A DNA stretch of 64,000 nucleotides. Source: an uncultured virus (IMG/VR IMGVR_UViG_3300025844_000015) (Duplodnaviria; Heunggongvirae; Uroviricota; Caudoviricetes). A model generated the notes under the pieces. The model had not been told where the DNA came from. It saw only the letters and a program-made list of their open reading frames with translations, and searched no databases. The DNA lies in IMG/VR virus record IMGVR_UViG_3300025844_000015, positions 1 to 64,000 of that record; one strand, given 5' to 3'. A program made the translations under genes and the position numbers. This document shows positions 1 to 9,116 of the stretch, in pieces (the stretch's first letter is position 1; every line of letters starts with the position of its first letter).

Positions 1-34
1 GGTCTTCCAAGTTGGCGTTAATGCCGTTACTTTT

Positions 35-382
35 TTATTTAGTATTAACGCTAACTACATTGTCATTTTCTCTTAAATCCTTGATCTCGATCCATTGGCT
101 GCTTCCGCCCCTATCAACTAACAATCTATGATTTTCAGTGAACTTGTATGATGATCCGTCTTCAAATTCTATTTCAATGATTTCTTTAGGTCCATTGTAA
201 TAAAACTCGTGAGCTATAGAGTCAGACAACTCTACGGGTTTCAGGAAAGAAAACCGTTGTCCAATCATAAACGGGTTGCTATGAATGTCTTCTATGGAAA
301 TGTTTCCGTACTCTCGGATTAGTTTTTCGAGTGTTGTTTTAGAACCGTCTTTCATTAGTATCTCGTTGTCCAAGCTCTGGCA
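35..382 (-). mobile_element. Split intein N-half (115 aa) inserted after ALMPSE of NrdA; partner C-half lies outside the window
   Basis: Cys1 at 380-382, block B motif FTENHRLL, ends KDLRENDNVV then a stop with no HN motif. Confidence 0.85.
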
Positions 383-1033
383 TTCGCTAGGCATCAGAGC
401 CATCAACGTAGCATTTCTAATACCATACTGTGCCATCTCGGATCGTAGACCTTCCCAGTCAAAGCGGGTCTTATGTGGTATGATCTCGTCTATTTCTTTC
501 TTGCGGTTTTCCCAAGGGAACTGCCCTATCCCATATTTTGTTTCTGCCGAAAGTTCACAAGGACCTTGCTCTTTAGCAAGTTGTACAGAAGCTTTGGTCA
601 AATAGAACGCCATTGCTTCCATGTATTCATCTACTGTCTCGAATGCAGACCCGTCATAACGCATATTATTTTTGGCTAAAAAGTACGCCAAGTTTATAAT
701 TCCTATACCCAAAGTTCTAAATTCTTTTGTCGAAAGCTCTGCTTGTATGGCAGGAAAATCTTGGTACGTTAATAGAGAGTCTAATGCCCTTACTGCTAAC
801 TCACATGGTTTTTCAAAATCTTCAGGCTTTTTGATATTTCCCCAATTTATAGCAGAGAGGGTGCATAAAGCTATTCTACCATTTTCGTCATTGACGCCCT
901 CAAAAGGCGTTGTGGGCAAAGTTATCTCCGCACAGTTGTGTACTAGTATATTATTCGCATAAAAATTTGACGTATCTTTTACTGTAATGTCATAAACGGG
1001 TCTGGTTATTTTCTGTTTAGTTATTGTTAACAT
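35..1033 (-). CDS. nrdA: Ribonucleotide reductase alpha subunit, middle fragment: split-intein C-half 1 + NrdA segment + split-intein N-half 2
   Basis: Begins MLTITK...NFYANNILVHN (intein C-terminal motif), then CAEITLPT...CTLSAINW...RTLGIGIIN...IRNATLMALMPSE (class Ia NrdA), then CQSLD...FTENHRLL (intein N-terminal blocks). AAGGA ribosome-binding site upstream. Confidence 0.93.
   Translation of the reverse strand: MLTITKQKITRPVYDITVKDTSNFYANNILVHNCAEITLPTTPFEGVNDENGRIALCTLSAINWGNIKKPEDFEKPCELAVRALDSLLTYQDFPAIQAELSTKEFRTLGIGIINLAYFLAKNNMRYDGSAFETVDEYMEAMAFYLTKASVQLAKEQGPCELSAETKYGIGQFPWENRKKEIDEIIPHKTRFDWEGLRSEMAQYGIRNATLMALMPSECQSLDNEILMKDGSKTTLEKLIREYGNISIEDIHSNPFMIGQRFSFLKPVELSDSIAHEFYYNGPKEIIEIEFEDGSSYKFTENHRLLVDRGGSSQWIEIKDLRENDNVVSVNTK
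935..1033 (-). mobile_element. Split intein C-half (33 aa) of NrdA intein 1
   Basis: MLTITKQKITRPVYDITVKDTSNFYANNILVHN followed by Cys as the +1 residue. Confidence 0.92.
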
Positions 1034-1038
1034 TTGTA

Positions 1039-1968
1039 TTATTTCCTTTGTAGTGTGAATGATCCGTCCGGGTGGTAAAATCTTTTTTTTCCAAGACTAC
1101 TTTCTCGTATCTGTTGTTTTTGTTGGGAAGATCGATAATAACGATCATATTCAAACTCTATCCCACGATTATTGCATTCTTTACGTAGCGCTTCAATAAA
1201 TTTTTTCCTAGACCCGTTCCAACGGTGCTTAGAAAAGTTTATTATGTAAATTAAATTTTTTTCTTCGCAGTACTTCTTGTACTCAGATTTTATAAACCTT
1301 CCATCGGAACAAGTCTTTATGTAATCTATAGTCTGTTCAAGGTACTCTTCGTTCTTTATATTGTGAGCATTAAAGTTTTTTAATCCCCGATTCCTTTTGC
1401 TCAAATATTCTTTTTGATCTTTTTTTAAACTTTTTCCTTTAGAATGGTGAACCCATTTTCCGCCCAGAACATTTTCGTGATTTACATCAACTGAGCCTAT
1501 CATTTCTCCAGTGATGAAATCCTTGACAGGCATTTTTCCTCTCCTAGCTTCAGAAATTCTTGGGTGACCGGAATTGTTGGCTTTGATAAATCTAGAAAAA
1601 GCTTCTCTTTGGTATTTAAACTTTTTCCTCAGTATTTTGTTAACATGAATATCTTCCAACTTTTTTCCAAAAAAGCCATTTAGCATTAGATTTACGGCAC
1701 AAATATCATTATATTTCCCATAAACTTTATAACGCAAGTAGTGTATAAACAAGTGTTCTTCTGGTAAGAGGGACACGATGTTATCTTCACTGTCCATTCC
1801 TCCCTCTGATCTAGGAACTATATGATGTCTTTCAACATATAAATTATCAGAATTGAGCCTCAAATCCCTCGGGTTTCTTCGAATTATCCTAGTCTTAACA
1901 TCAGTGTTAATAAAGTCTATAATGAAATTGTTATAGATTTTCTCGTAATTCATAGTCGGTAATGTCAT
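1039..1968 (-). CDS. Free-standing HNH homing endonuclease between the split-intein halves
   Basis: YVERHHIVPRSEGGMDSEDNIVSLLPEEHLFIH HNH motif and a basic C-terminal region. Start may be the ATG at 1953. Confidence 0.85.
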   Translation of the reverse strand: MTLPTMNYEKIYNNFIIDFINTDVKTRIIRRNPRDLRLNSDNLYVERHHIVPRSEGGMDSEDNIVSLLPEEHLFIHYLRYKVYGKYNDICAVNLMLNGFFGKKLEDIHVNKILRKKFKYQREAFSRFIKANNSGHPRISEARRGKMPVKDFITGEMIGSVDVNHENVLGGKWVHHSKGKSLKKDQKEYLSKRNRGLKNFNAHNIKNEEYLEQTIDYIKTCSDGRFIKSEYKKYCEEKNLIYIINFSKHRWNGSRKKFIEALRKECNNRGIEFEYDRYYRSSQQKQQIRESSLGKKRFYHPDGSFTLQRK

Positions 1969-1984
1969 TTCCGTGTATCTTTAT

Positions 1985-2329
1985 TTAGTGTTTGGATATT
2001 GTATTGCCCATAAATATTTTAAGAACATCGTCTTCACGCAAGTTCTTAGCTTCAACATAGCCTCTGTTCATAGTAAATATTTTATGTTCACCAGTGCAGG
2101 TTACGGATTTTCCACTTTTTTCACACGTTATGGTGATAAGTTCTTCACTAATTCCGGTTTGTGCAAAATCCGTTATTTCACTATATACTTCGGTACCGGT
2201 ATTCAAATCATATGATTTCACTTTAACGCTTCTATGAGCAACCAGATACTTAGCCAAATCTTCTATTATTATAGTTTCAAGGATTTCGTCATCCAGTAAG
2301 ACATCTATCGTTGTATCCCCAACCACACA
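1985..2329 (-). mobile_element. Split intein N-half (114 aa) inserted immediately before the NrdA thiyl-radical cysteine (SNL|C)
   Basis: Cys1 codon at 2327-2329; block B motif TGEHKIF; no C-terminal HN before the stop. Confidence 0.92.
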
Positions 2330-3655
2330 CAAATTGCTCTGTTCTATAGGATGAAGTTTCGATATGAAAGACCCTTGTGTGTTACAATGATCGATATTTT
2401 GGATGTAGATACGACCCGTCGAGACTCTTTCATCCATTATCGTACCAAACACTTCTAGAGCCGGTAGACTGTATTTCATTTTTATCTTTCTACTTCTCTC
2501 ATATTTTTCGTATATTCTTTCAAATTCATCGTTATCTCCGGAATAGAATGCGTCCATCAAGTCTGGAACCTCGTGGGGAGAAAAGAAAGTTATTTTCCCA
2601 CCCTCTATCAACCTTTTATACGCCAATCTGTTTAATTGTACTCCGTAGTCCATATGTCTGATTCTATTCTCTTCGACCCCTTTATTGTTTTTCAGAACAA
2701 TAAGATTTTCAAACTCGTAATGAAAGAAAGGCCAATACACAGTCGCAGCACCTCCCCTAACCCCACCTTGACTACAACTTTTTAGCGCAGCATGAAAATA
2801 TTTCAAGAAAGGAATGACCCCAGTGTGTTTGATCTCTCCGTTTCTAATCTCAGAACCAACTGCTCTGATCCTACCAGCGTTTATGCCAATCCCTGCTTTA
2901 CGTGAAACGTAATTTACGATAGAAGAAGCTGTTGCGTTTATACTGGAAAGTGAGTCACCAGAATTAATTAATACACAAGAACTGAACTGTTTGGTAGGTG
3001 TTCTTACTCCCGCTAAAATCGGTGTAGGAACAGAAATGTCCCACTTACTCAAGGCATCGTAATATTCTTTTACGAACTTCATTCGAGTGTCTTCGGGATA
3101 GCCATGGAAAAGAGTTGCTGCAATTAGCATGTATGCCATCTGTGGTGTTTCGTAGTATTCTTTTGTTACGCGGTTTTGGACAAGATATTTTCCTAAAAGT
3201 TGTTTCATTCCTGTGTAAGAAAATTCGAAATCCCGGTCATGTTTGATCATCTTGTCCATCTTGCGCCACTCTTGATCATCATACCATTCAAGAAGTTCTT
3301 TCGTGTAATAGCCGGTTGCGACATTCTTCTCTACCAATTTTTTAATTGGCCACGGGGTAATCATACCGTATACTTCTTTCCTGAGATTAAAGTTAATCAA
3401 TTTGGCTGCAACGTATTGATAATTTGGGGCGTCCTCAGATATTAAATCTGCCGCCGTTTTAGTCAATGTAGAATGAATCTCGGTTGCCTTCATTCCATCA
3501 AAAAACTGTAACTGGCTTTTAATTGCGATGTCGGATACCGAAACACCGGTTACATCTTCGCAAGCCCATGTCAATATTTTGTGTATCTTATCTAGGTCTA
3601 GGGGTTCTTTTCTTCCGTCTCGCTTTTCTACCAAAATTTCTTTTTTAGCGTTCAT
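1985..3655 (-). CDS. nrdA: Ribonucleotide reductase alpha subunit, N-terminal fragment + split-intein N-half 1
   Basis: ATP-cone start (VEKRDGRKE), QFSSCVLI, SCSQGGVRGGAAT and QSNL, then CVVGDT...TCTGEHKIF...KNLREDD and a stop. Confidence 0.95.
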   Translation of the reverse strand: MNAKKEILVEKRDGRKEPLDLDKIHKILTWACEDVTGVSVSDIAIKSQLQFFDGMKATEIHSTLTKTAADLISEDAPNYQYVAAKLINFNLRKEVYGMITPWPIKKLVEKNVATGYYTKELLEWYDDQEWRKMDKMIKHDRDFEFSYTGMKQLLGKYLVQNRVTKEYYETPQMAYMLIAATLFHGYPEDTRMKFVKEYYDALSKWDISVPTPILAGVRTPTKQFSSCVLINSGDSLSSINATASSIVNYVSRKAGIGINAGRIRAVGSEIRNGEIKHTGVIPFLKYFHAALKSCSQGGVRGGAATVYWPFFHYEFENLIVLKNNKGVEENRIRHMDYGVQLNRLAYKRLIEGGKITFFSPHEVPDLMDAFYSGDNDEFERIYEKYERSRKIKMKYSLPALEVFGTIMDERVSTGRIYIQNIDHCNTQGSFISKLHPIEQSNLCVVGDTTIDVLLDDEILETIIIEDLAKYLVAHRSVKVKSYDLNTGTEVYSEITDFAQTGISEELITITCEKSGKSVTCTGEHKIFTMNRGYVEAKNLREDDVLKIFMGNTISKH

Positions 3656-3689
3656 TCTTTCTCCTAATTGTTGGGCGCTGGGTGATGAT

Positions 3690-3710
3690 TATTTAGACCC
3701 GAAGGGGTCT
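3690..3710 (-). promoter_or_regulatory. cUUCGg hairpin directly followed by a TAAATA late-promoter motif upstream of nrdA
   Basis: Minus strand reads AGACCCCTTCGGGTC-TAAATA, 35 nt before the nrdA start. Confidence 0.55.
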
Positions 3711-3748
3711 TTCAAGAAATATTCTTTGAGTATCTTATACTTATGTCT

Positions 3749-4333
3749 TTACTTTTGCAAGAGTCGTATCAACTCGTTGTAGCATGGGTATTTTTCGGAA
3801 GACACCGTGTAATAATACTGCATTCCATAAAAGATAATTTCTTTCTTGGATTTTAACGCATCGTTCAATGACGTATTGTCTGAGGTGTATGCGTATTCGA
3901 TTGAATCTTCCATCATTTCTAAAGCTTTTCCTTTGTCGACCAAATCTAATCCTAACAATTTGGTATAAGAGTATCGATACTCTTCGTGATCATTGATTCT
4001 AGGATTGAACAAAAATTTGAACCCGTTTTTCGGGAAGATGTAGTGTGTTTTCATCCCATCTTTTTCACTATGAGGACCGTTGACGACTACTGAACGCATG
4101 TGAATGTTCCGATGCTCCTTTTGCAAAGCATCTCCGATAATGCGAATGAAACCAACTGGTTTTTTCTTATGGCGTACTTTAACTTTGCGAAAATATTTCC
4201 CATGGTCATCGAACGCTTTCAATGCTGGATATACGCTCGTGATAGAAAGAAAATCGGAGCATTCTTTTTTTATGTTTTCTATTATCTTGCTCATATTGCC
4301 AATATAAATAATCTTGTCCAGTCTCAATGACAA
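3749..4333 (-). CDS. Hypothetical protein
   Basis: 194-aa ORF filling the gap with phage-like codon usage; start may be the internal MSKIIE. Confidence 0.7.
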   Translation of the reverse strand: MSLRLDKIIYIGNMSKIIENIKKECSDFLSITSVYPALKAFDDHGKYFRKVKVRHKKKPVGFIRIIGDALQKEHRNIHMRSVVVNGPHSEKDGMKTHYIFPKNGFKFLFNPRINDHEEYRYSYTKLLGLDLVDKGKALEMMEDSIEYAYTSDNTSLNDALKSKKEIIFYGMQYYYTVSSEKYPCYNELIRLLQK

Positions 4334-4438
4334 AGTATAAAGACTTGCTTATTCAAAGAGAAGAGTGTGAGTTATATTTATGCGGCAAATACATAACATG
4401 ATACTAAAGATAAATACTTTAAAGGCTTGAATATATTC

Positions 4439-6067
4439 ATGGCAACTATAAAATATCAATGTGATACCTGCAAGAGGGACATCGAACTTCTAGAAAACTC
4501 CAGAGGGTTGAACATGTTCAGCTCGTGTACAATAACCGAAGGTTGTAGGGGTAAAATGTATAAACTCTCTAGAAACGCTTACAATTTTCGCGAGGCTTTT
4601 CGAGAAGCGGACCCTGCTGGTAATCTTGAAAACTTTGCCCCTAGGAAAATATTTTTCAAGCATTACCAAAGCATTCTATCAGACAAATGGATAATTAAAC
4701 ACAACCTCAATACGCAACCGGTCGTCAAGGTTTTTCTGGAATCAGAAGATGGGACACAAATAGTGCCGGTGGGTTCTAATGTATTCAGCGTTATAAACAA
4801 ATCTTCAAACGAACTAGAGATTGTTTTTAGTGGATCTTTCACCGGACAGGCTCATTTGATTGCCAGAAGTATTTCGGAAGACAGTATAGATACAATTCCA
4901 GATACAGAAAATCTCACCCAAATTTCTTACAACAACACGTTATCTTTTGCAGTCATATCCAGATATAGAACGCCATTTCGAGAAATATATACAAACGGTC
5001 CAATACAGTTGGACATTGTTCTGCAAGAACCGAATGAAGAGCCTATTTTTTGTGTCGAAACCTTATCTGGGTTAGAAGCTGGCTTGTCGCCTTGGAATGA
5101 TTTTAGGTCAATTCTTTTCAGAAGAAGGCGAAACTTCAATGTGAAAACCAAAAACATAGCAGATTTTAGAGTTATAAAAGATCGCTATGAGTCATTACAA
5201 GACATTCCACAGTTGACTCGTCTAACAATCAAAGGAATAAATTTATTTCCTGATACGGAAACTTTTAGTGAAATAAAGTCTAAACAACTTTTGTTATTGT
5301 TAGCGAACAGTCCATATGACAAAGCAGATAAGAATTTGGGACAATTGATTGACATTGGCGAAATAGGACAAAAATCGGAGAATACATCATTTGTGTTTGT
5401 GAATGGTGTTTTATATTCTGACCCATCCAACATTGAAGTCGTCTATCCAAAAATAGAAAAAGATGTTGTAGTGGCTCCGTTGCCGTCCAGCACCCCAACT
5501 CCTACAGTGTCTATTACATCGTCAACCGCGCCAACACCTACACCGACACCTACCCCTACAGTGACGCCTACAGTGACGCCTACAGTAACGCCTACAGTGA
5601 CGCCTACAGTGACGCCTACACCTTCGGGCGTGTCTTTTTGTTGGGTAGGAGATACTACGGATTGGTCTGTTTTTGGGTCTGAGTCGAACCCGTATTTTGA
5701 CGGAACCTGTTTTGTTTATGGTGAATTCGGTTCGTCAGTTTCAACTAACCCGATAGAATATTCCGGTTCGGGGGTTTCTTTGTCTCACGGTATAAGATTC
5801 GAACTGTTGTTGTCCGGACCGACACCCAATATTGACGTAGATATACAAATTAATGCTAATAGTCTAATAGGACCAACTGTTGTTGACACAGTTGAACTAA
5901 CAAACGGTGTTCCATTTGTATATGAATTAGATGAAACTTCTGGCCTGTTCGATGGTGTTTCTTCATTAGACCCCGCGTCTATATCAGTAAGCTACACGAG
6001 AATAGATAATTATGATGTCGTAACCATTTGTAATATTGAAGCTAGAAGCCAAGATTGTGCCCCTTAA
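4439..6067 (+). CDS. Putative virion protein with N-terminal Cys cluster, (PT)n/(VTPT)n mucin-like linker and C-terminal beta-rich domain
   Basis: TAAATA at 4411-4416 and ATG at 4439; CDTC...C..C; PTPTPTPTPTVTPTVTPT linker. Confidence 0.75.
   Translation: MATIKYQCDTCKRDIELLENSRGLNMFSSCTITEGCRGKMYKLSRNAYNFREAFREADPAGNLENFAPRKIFFKHYQSILSDKWIIKHNLNTQPVVKVFLESEDGTQIVPVGSNVFSVINKSSNELEIVFSGSFTGQAHLIARSISEDSIDTIPDTENLTQISYNNTLSFAVISRYRTPFREIYTNGPIQLDIVLQEPNEEPIFCVETLSGLEAGLSPWNDFRSILFRRRRNFNVKTKNIADFRVIKDRYESLQDIPQLTRLTIKGINLFPDTETFSEIKSKQLLLLLANSPYDKADKNLGQLIDIGEIGQKSENTSFVFVNGVLYSDPSNIEVVYPKIEKDVVVAPLPSSTPTPTVSITSSTAPTPTPTPTPTVTPTVTPTVTPTVTPTVTPTPSGVSFCWVGDTTDWSVFGSESNPYFDGTCFVYGEFGSSVSTNPIEYSGSGVSLSHGIRFELLLSGPTPNIDVDIQINANSLIGPTVVDTVELTNGVPFVYELDETSGLFDGVSSLDPASISVSYTRIDNYDVVTICNIEARSQDCAP
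5555..5620 (+). repeat. 12-nt coding tandem repeat CCTACAGT(G/A)ACG x5.5 encoding (PTVT)n
   Basis: Units start at 5555, 5567, 5579, 5591, 5603 and 5615. Confidence 0.95.
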
Positions 6068-6082
6068 ATAGGAACAATTCTA

Positions 6083-6694
6083 GTGAATATTGATGTCCAT
6101 ATAATTAAAAATGACCGAGGATATCTTGACGAATGTTTGGAAAGTTTGGAAGGTTCTCCGATAAATCTACACTTTGTTGATTATGTAGACGGAAATCACG
6201 GAAAAGCCAGAATAAAAGGATTCATGCAAGGACATTCCCCGTATGTTTCTTGTTTCGATGATGATGACATTGCTGTTCCCACAGTGTTTGAGAGAGCATT
6301 GCGGGTAATGGAAAAGGGCTATACCGCATATTACTCCAATCATTACTATCTAGACGAAAATAGACAGGTAAAAGGCAAGCGCTTTGGCAAGATTGCAGCA
6401 AAACCGGGGATGGGACAGGCTGCACAAATGCATCACGTTGTTGTCTATAGGAGGGACGTAATACTACCCGTGTTACACTTGCTAGATGGAATATATGCAT
6501 CAGACCAGCTTTTATTAAACCTAAAGGCAATATATGATGGGAAGGTATTGGGTGATCCATTCATGGGAATGTATTGGAGGATTCATGAACACAATTTACA
6601 CAAAAGAAAAACTTTTAATAACAAAAACAACCCCAAGGAATGGCAAGATGCGGTAGAATACTATAAAAATGAGATACAGAAAAGAAATGATTGA
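6083..6694 (+). CDS. GT-A fold (GT2-like) glycosyltransferase, paralog 1
   Basis: YLDECLESL...YVSCFDDDD (DxD motif)...QMHHVVVYRR...YWRIH; AGGA RBS; TAAATA at 6065-6070. Confidence 0.8.
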   Translation: MNIDVHIIKNDRGYLDECLESLEGSPINLHFVDYVDGNHGKARIKGFMQGHSPYVSCFDDDDIAVPTVFERALRVMEKGYTAYYSNHYYLDENRQVKGKRFGKIAAKPGMGQAAQMHHVVVYRRDVILPVLHLLDGIYASDQLLLNLKAIYDGKVLGDPFMGMYWRIHEHNLHKRKTFNNKNNPKEWQDAVEYYKNEIQKRND

Positions 6695-7286
6695 TGTGCA
6701 TGTAATTCAAACAGGTCGAAAATATGCCAAAGAATGCTTGGACAGTTTGCACGATGAGCCTATAAATCTTTTTTTGTCAAAATTTATCGAAGGTCGTATA
6801 GGATTAGCCAGAGTTAAAGCAATCATGGAGGGAAATTCCGAATTTGTATCTTTTGTGGATGACGACGACATATTGGTCCCCGGCACTTTTGGAATAGCTT
6901 TAGAAGTTCTCAAAAAAGGATATTCGGCCTACTATACTAATCATTTTGTAATGGATTCGGAAAAAAAAGTTTATGGCAAGTGGTTTCACAAACCAGCTAA
7001 ACCAATCGGTTTTTCCCAAAATATACAAATGCATCATGTAGTAGTTTATCGTAGAAGTATAATCGAACGTGTGTTTGATTCGACCGCGTTGGCCAGAACA
7101 AGCGAAAGAACTCTATTCAACCTAGCATCAATCTATCACGGGGTTGTATATGGCGATGACAGAATGGGATTATACTGGAGAGTACACGACGATTCCGCAC
7201 ACAACGTGAAATGGGAAAACCCGAAAGAATGGCATATAGAAGTCGATAGATATCAACAAAAAATATTGAACAAACAAAAGAAGTAA
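6687..7286 (+). CDS. GT2-like glycosyltransferase, paralog 2
   Basis: ECLDSL...FVSFVDDDD...QMHHVVVYRR...YWRVH; ATG at 6687 overlaps the end of the upstream gene. Confidence 0.8.
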   Translation: MIDVHVIQTGRKYAKECLDSLHDEPINLFLSKFIEGRIGLARVKAIMEGNSEFVSFVDDDDILVPGTFGIALEVLKKGYSAYYTNHFVMDSEKKVYGKWFHKPAKPIGFSQNIQMHHVVVYRRSIIERVFDSTALARTSERTLFNLASIYHGVVYGDDRMGLYWRVHDDSAHNVKWENPKEWHIEVDRYQQKILNKQKK

Positions 7287-7291
7287 ATGAT

Positions 7292-7951
7292 ATGTCTGAA
7301 TTAATAGACGAACTTGCAAAAGAGGTTGGGGGAAAAGACATCTACATCATCGGGGGTGGAAAATCTTTCAATCCTTCAGCAGAATATGTTACCAAAATTC
7401 CTAAAGACAGAACCATTTGTCTTAATTCTGCGCTACAAGATTTCGACACATGCCTCGCTTGTATGTTTATGGATTCCAGTTGGCAAGGAAATAATAAAAA
7501 ACTTTTGGATGAAAGAAGACAGAAATACGCACTAAGAGTCAATCTAGACCGAAGAGTACATACACCACAAAGAAATGACTATATTATGTATTTGCGAAAT
7601 TCTATGATATCCAGATGTTCTTTTGGACCAAACTACAGATTAAAGAGATATGACGTGTGTGGTAACAATATAGGGGTGTGTGCTATCGATCTCATGGATC
7701 AAATGGGGGCAAAAAACATCTATCTCTTTGGCTTTGACTGCACTTCTGATGGAACTTCGTCCCACTATCATAATAGATACAGGATCGTGGTCAAACAAAA
7801 AACATATGATGATAAGCTGATACCCTGCTTCAACTCTCTCGCCGAACATTTAAAGAAAAAAGGAACACACCATCGAGTCATCAACTTCTCACGACCAACC
7901 AATATAACTTCTTTGCAGTCAAAAAGTCTGGAAGATTTCGATTTTCCCTAA
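7292..7951 (+). CDS. Maf/DUF115 (sialyltransferase-like fold) putative glycosyltransferase
   Basis: IYIIGGGKS...ICLNSA...FMD...AIDLMDQMGAKNIYLFGFDC...HYH motif order. Confidence 0.65.
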   Translation: MSELIDELAKEVGGKDIYIIGGGKSFNPSAEYVTKIPKDRTICLNSALQDFDTCLACMFMDSSWQGNNKKLLDERRQKYALRVNLDRRVHTPQRNDYIMYLRNSMISRCSFGPNYRLKRYDVCGNNIGVCAIDLMDQMGAKNIYLFGFDCTSDGTSSHYHNRYRIVVKQKTYDDKLIPCFNSLAEHLKKKGTHHRVINFSRPTNITSLQSKSLEDFDFP

Positions 7952-7960
7952 TGGTTTTTG

Positions 7961-7991
7961 GATGTCCTAGGTAGTCTCAACCTAGGACATC
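7961..7991. terminator. 12-bp perfect inverted repeat between convergent genes
   Basis: GATGTCCTAGGT-agtctca-ACCTAGGACATC. Confidence 0.6.
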
Positions 7992-8009
7992 GTTGCGTGA
8001 TGGTAAATC

Positions 8010-9017
8010 TTAGACACTGAACGGAAAATTGATAGCCGGAAGAGGGTCATAATCTGATATAACAAAAGAATCTTTCGTTGCGTTTTCACAAAATTCTCTC
8101 AGGTTATCATAAGTAGGGACTTTTATAGTTGGTGAAGGTTTAATTTCACGCTCCATTTGTTCCCGGAAAAGTTCTATTTGGTCCTCATAAATGTGGATGT
8201 TGTGCATTACGTGAGAAAGTTCTCCAGTCTTCAGATTGGTCATGTTAGCGACTATACGGAGTAGCAGGGCGTAGCTTGCTATGTTGTACGGGACTCCCAA
8301 CGGGTAGTCACAAGACCTTTGGACCATAGTCATGTGTAAGTATCCATCCAAGATTGTAAACATATATGTAATATGACACGGAGGGAGTGCCATTTTGTCC
8401 AGTTCACCGGGGTTCCAATGGGTTACAATCAGTCTACGATCATCGATACCTTTACTGATCTTGGAGATGCACATGGACAACTGATCGACACTTCCACCGT
8501 CTGGTCTCTTCCAATCTCTAGCCTGTACTCCGTAAATCCTACCAAGATCATCTTGTCCTTTTCTGCTTGGATTATTTAACCACTGCTCGTTGTCGTTTGC
8601 GTTCGCATCCCAAATTTTGCAGCCCTCTTCTCTAAACAGAGCGGCGCTGTCGTGTCCTTTAATGAATCCTATCAGTTCTGCCGCAATAGGACGAATATCC
8701 ATCTTCTTGGTCGTAAGAAGTGGAAATGCATCGGTATCGGACATATCATATTTTGTCATCTCGGCTCGTATAGTGAGACACCGTTTTCCGGTTCTTTTGT
8801 TGTAAACCCAAATACCCTCTTCTAGAAGTTTTTGTCCCACTCTATTGTATTCTCCGTCGAAAAATACTGAATTTTGTTTCTGCATTAATTTTTGTACCTC
8901 TTGATAGCATTCTTGTCCCACAAGGTAATAATCCATTTGTGACAAGCATTGAAAATCCAAATCGCCACAATGCTCTTTAATCTTGTCCAAACACTTCGTG
9001 TTCATTGTTTTTACCAT
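8010..9017 (-). CDS. thyA: Thymidylate synthase
   Basis: FPLLTTKK, DLGRIYGVQAR, DRRLIVTHWN, ALPPCH, QRSCDYPLGVPYN and HIYE motifs. Confidence 0.95.
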   Translation of the reverse strand: MVKTMNTKCLDKIKEHCGDLDFQCLSQMDYYLVGQECYQEVQKLMQKQNSVFFDGEYNRVGQKLLEEGIWVYNKRTGKRCLTIRAEMTKYDMSDTDAFPLLTTKKMDIRPIAAELIGFIKGHDSAALFREEGCKIWDANANDNEQWLNNPSRKGQDDLGRIYGVQARDWKRPDGGSVDQLSMCISKISKGIDDRRLIVTHWNPGELDKMALPPCHITYMFTILDGYLHMTMVQRSCDYPLGVPYNIASYALLLRIVANMTNLKTGELSHVMHNIHIYEDQIELFREQMEREIKPSPTIKVPTYDNLREFCENATKDSFVISDYDPLPAINFPFSV

Positions 9018-9116
9018 TTTTCTGGGAGTATTTACATATTTTATAGACTTGTGACAACTGGAGTCAAATATAATCCCAAGTTATAAATAAAGATAGACAA
9101 GTTATCAAACAAATCC

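Noticed and set aside
5555..5620. Tandem repeats here and at 32511-32558 as CRISPR arrays
   Set aside because: 12-nt units without spacers, in frame within ORFs; they encode Pro/Thr linkers.
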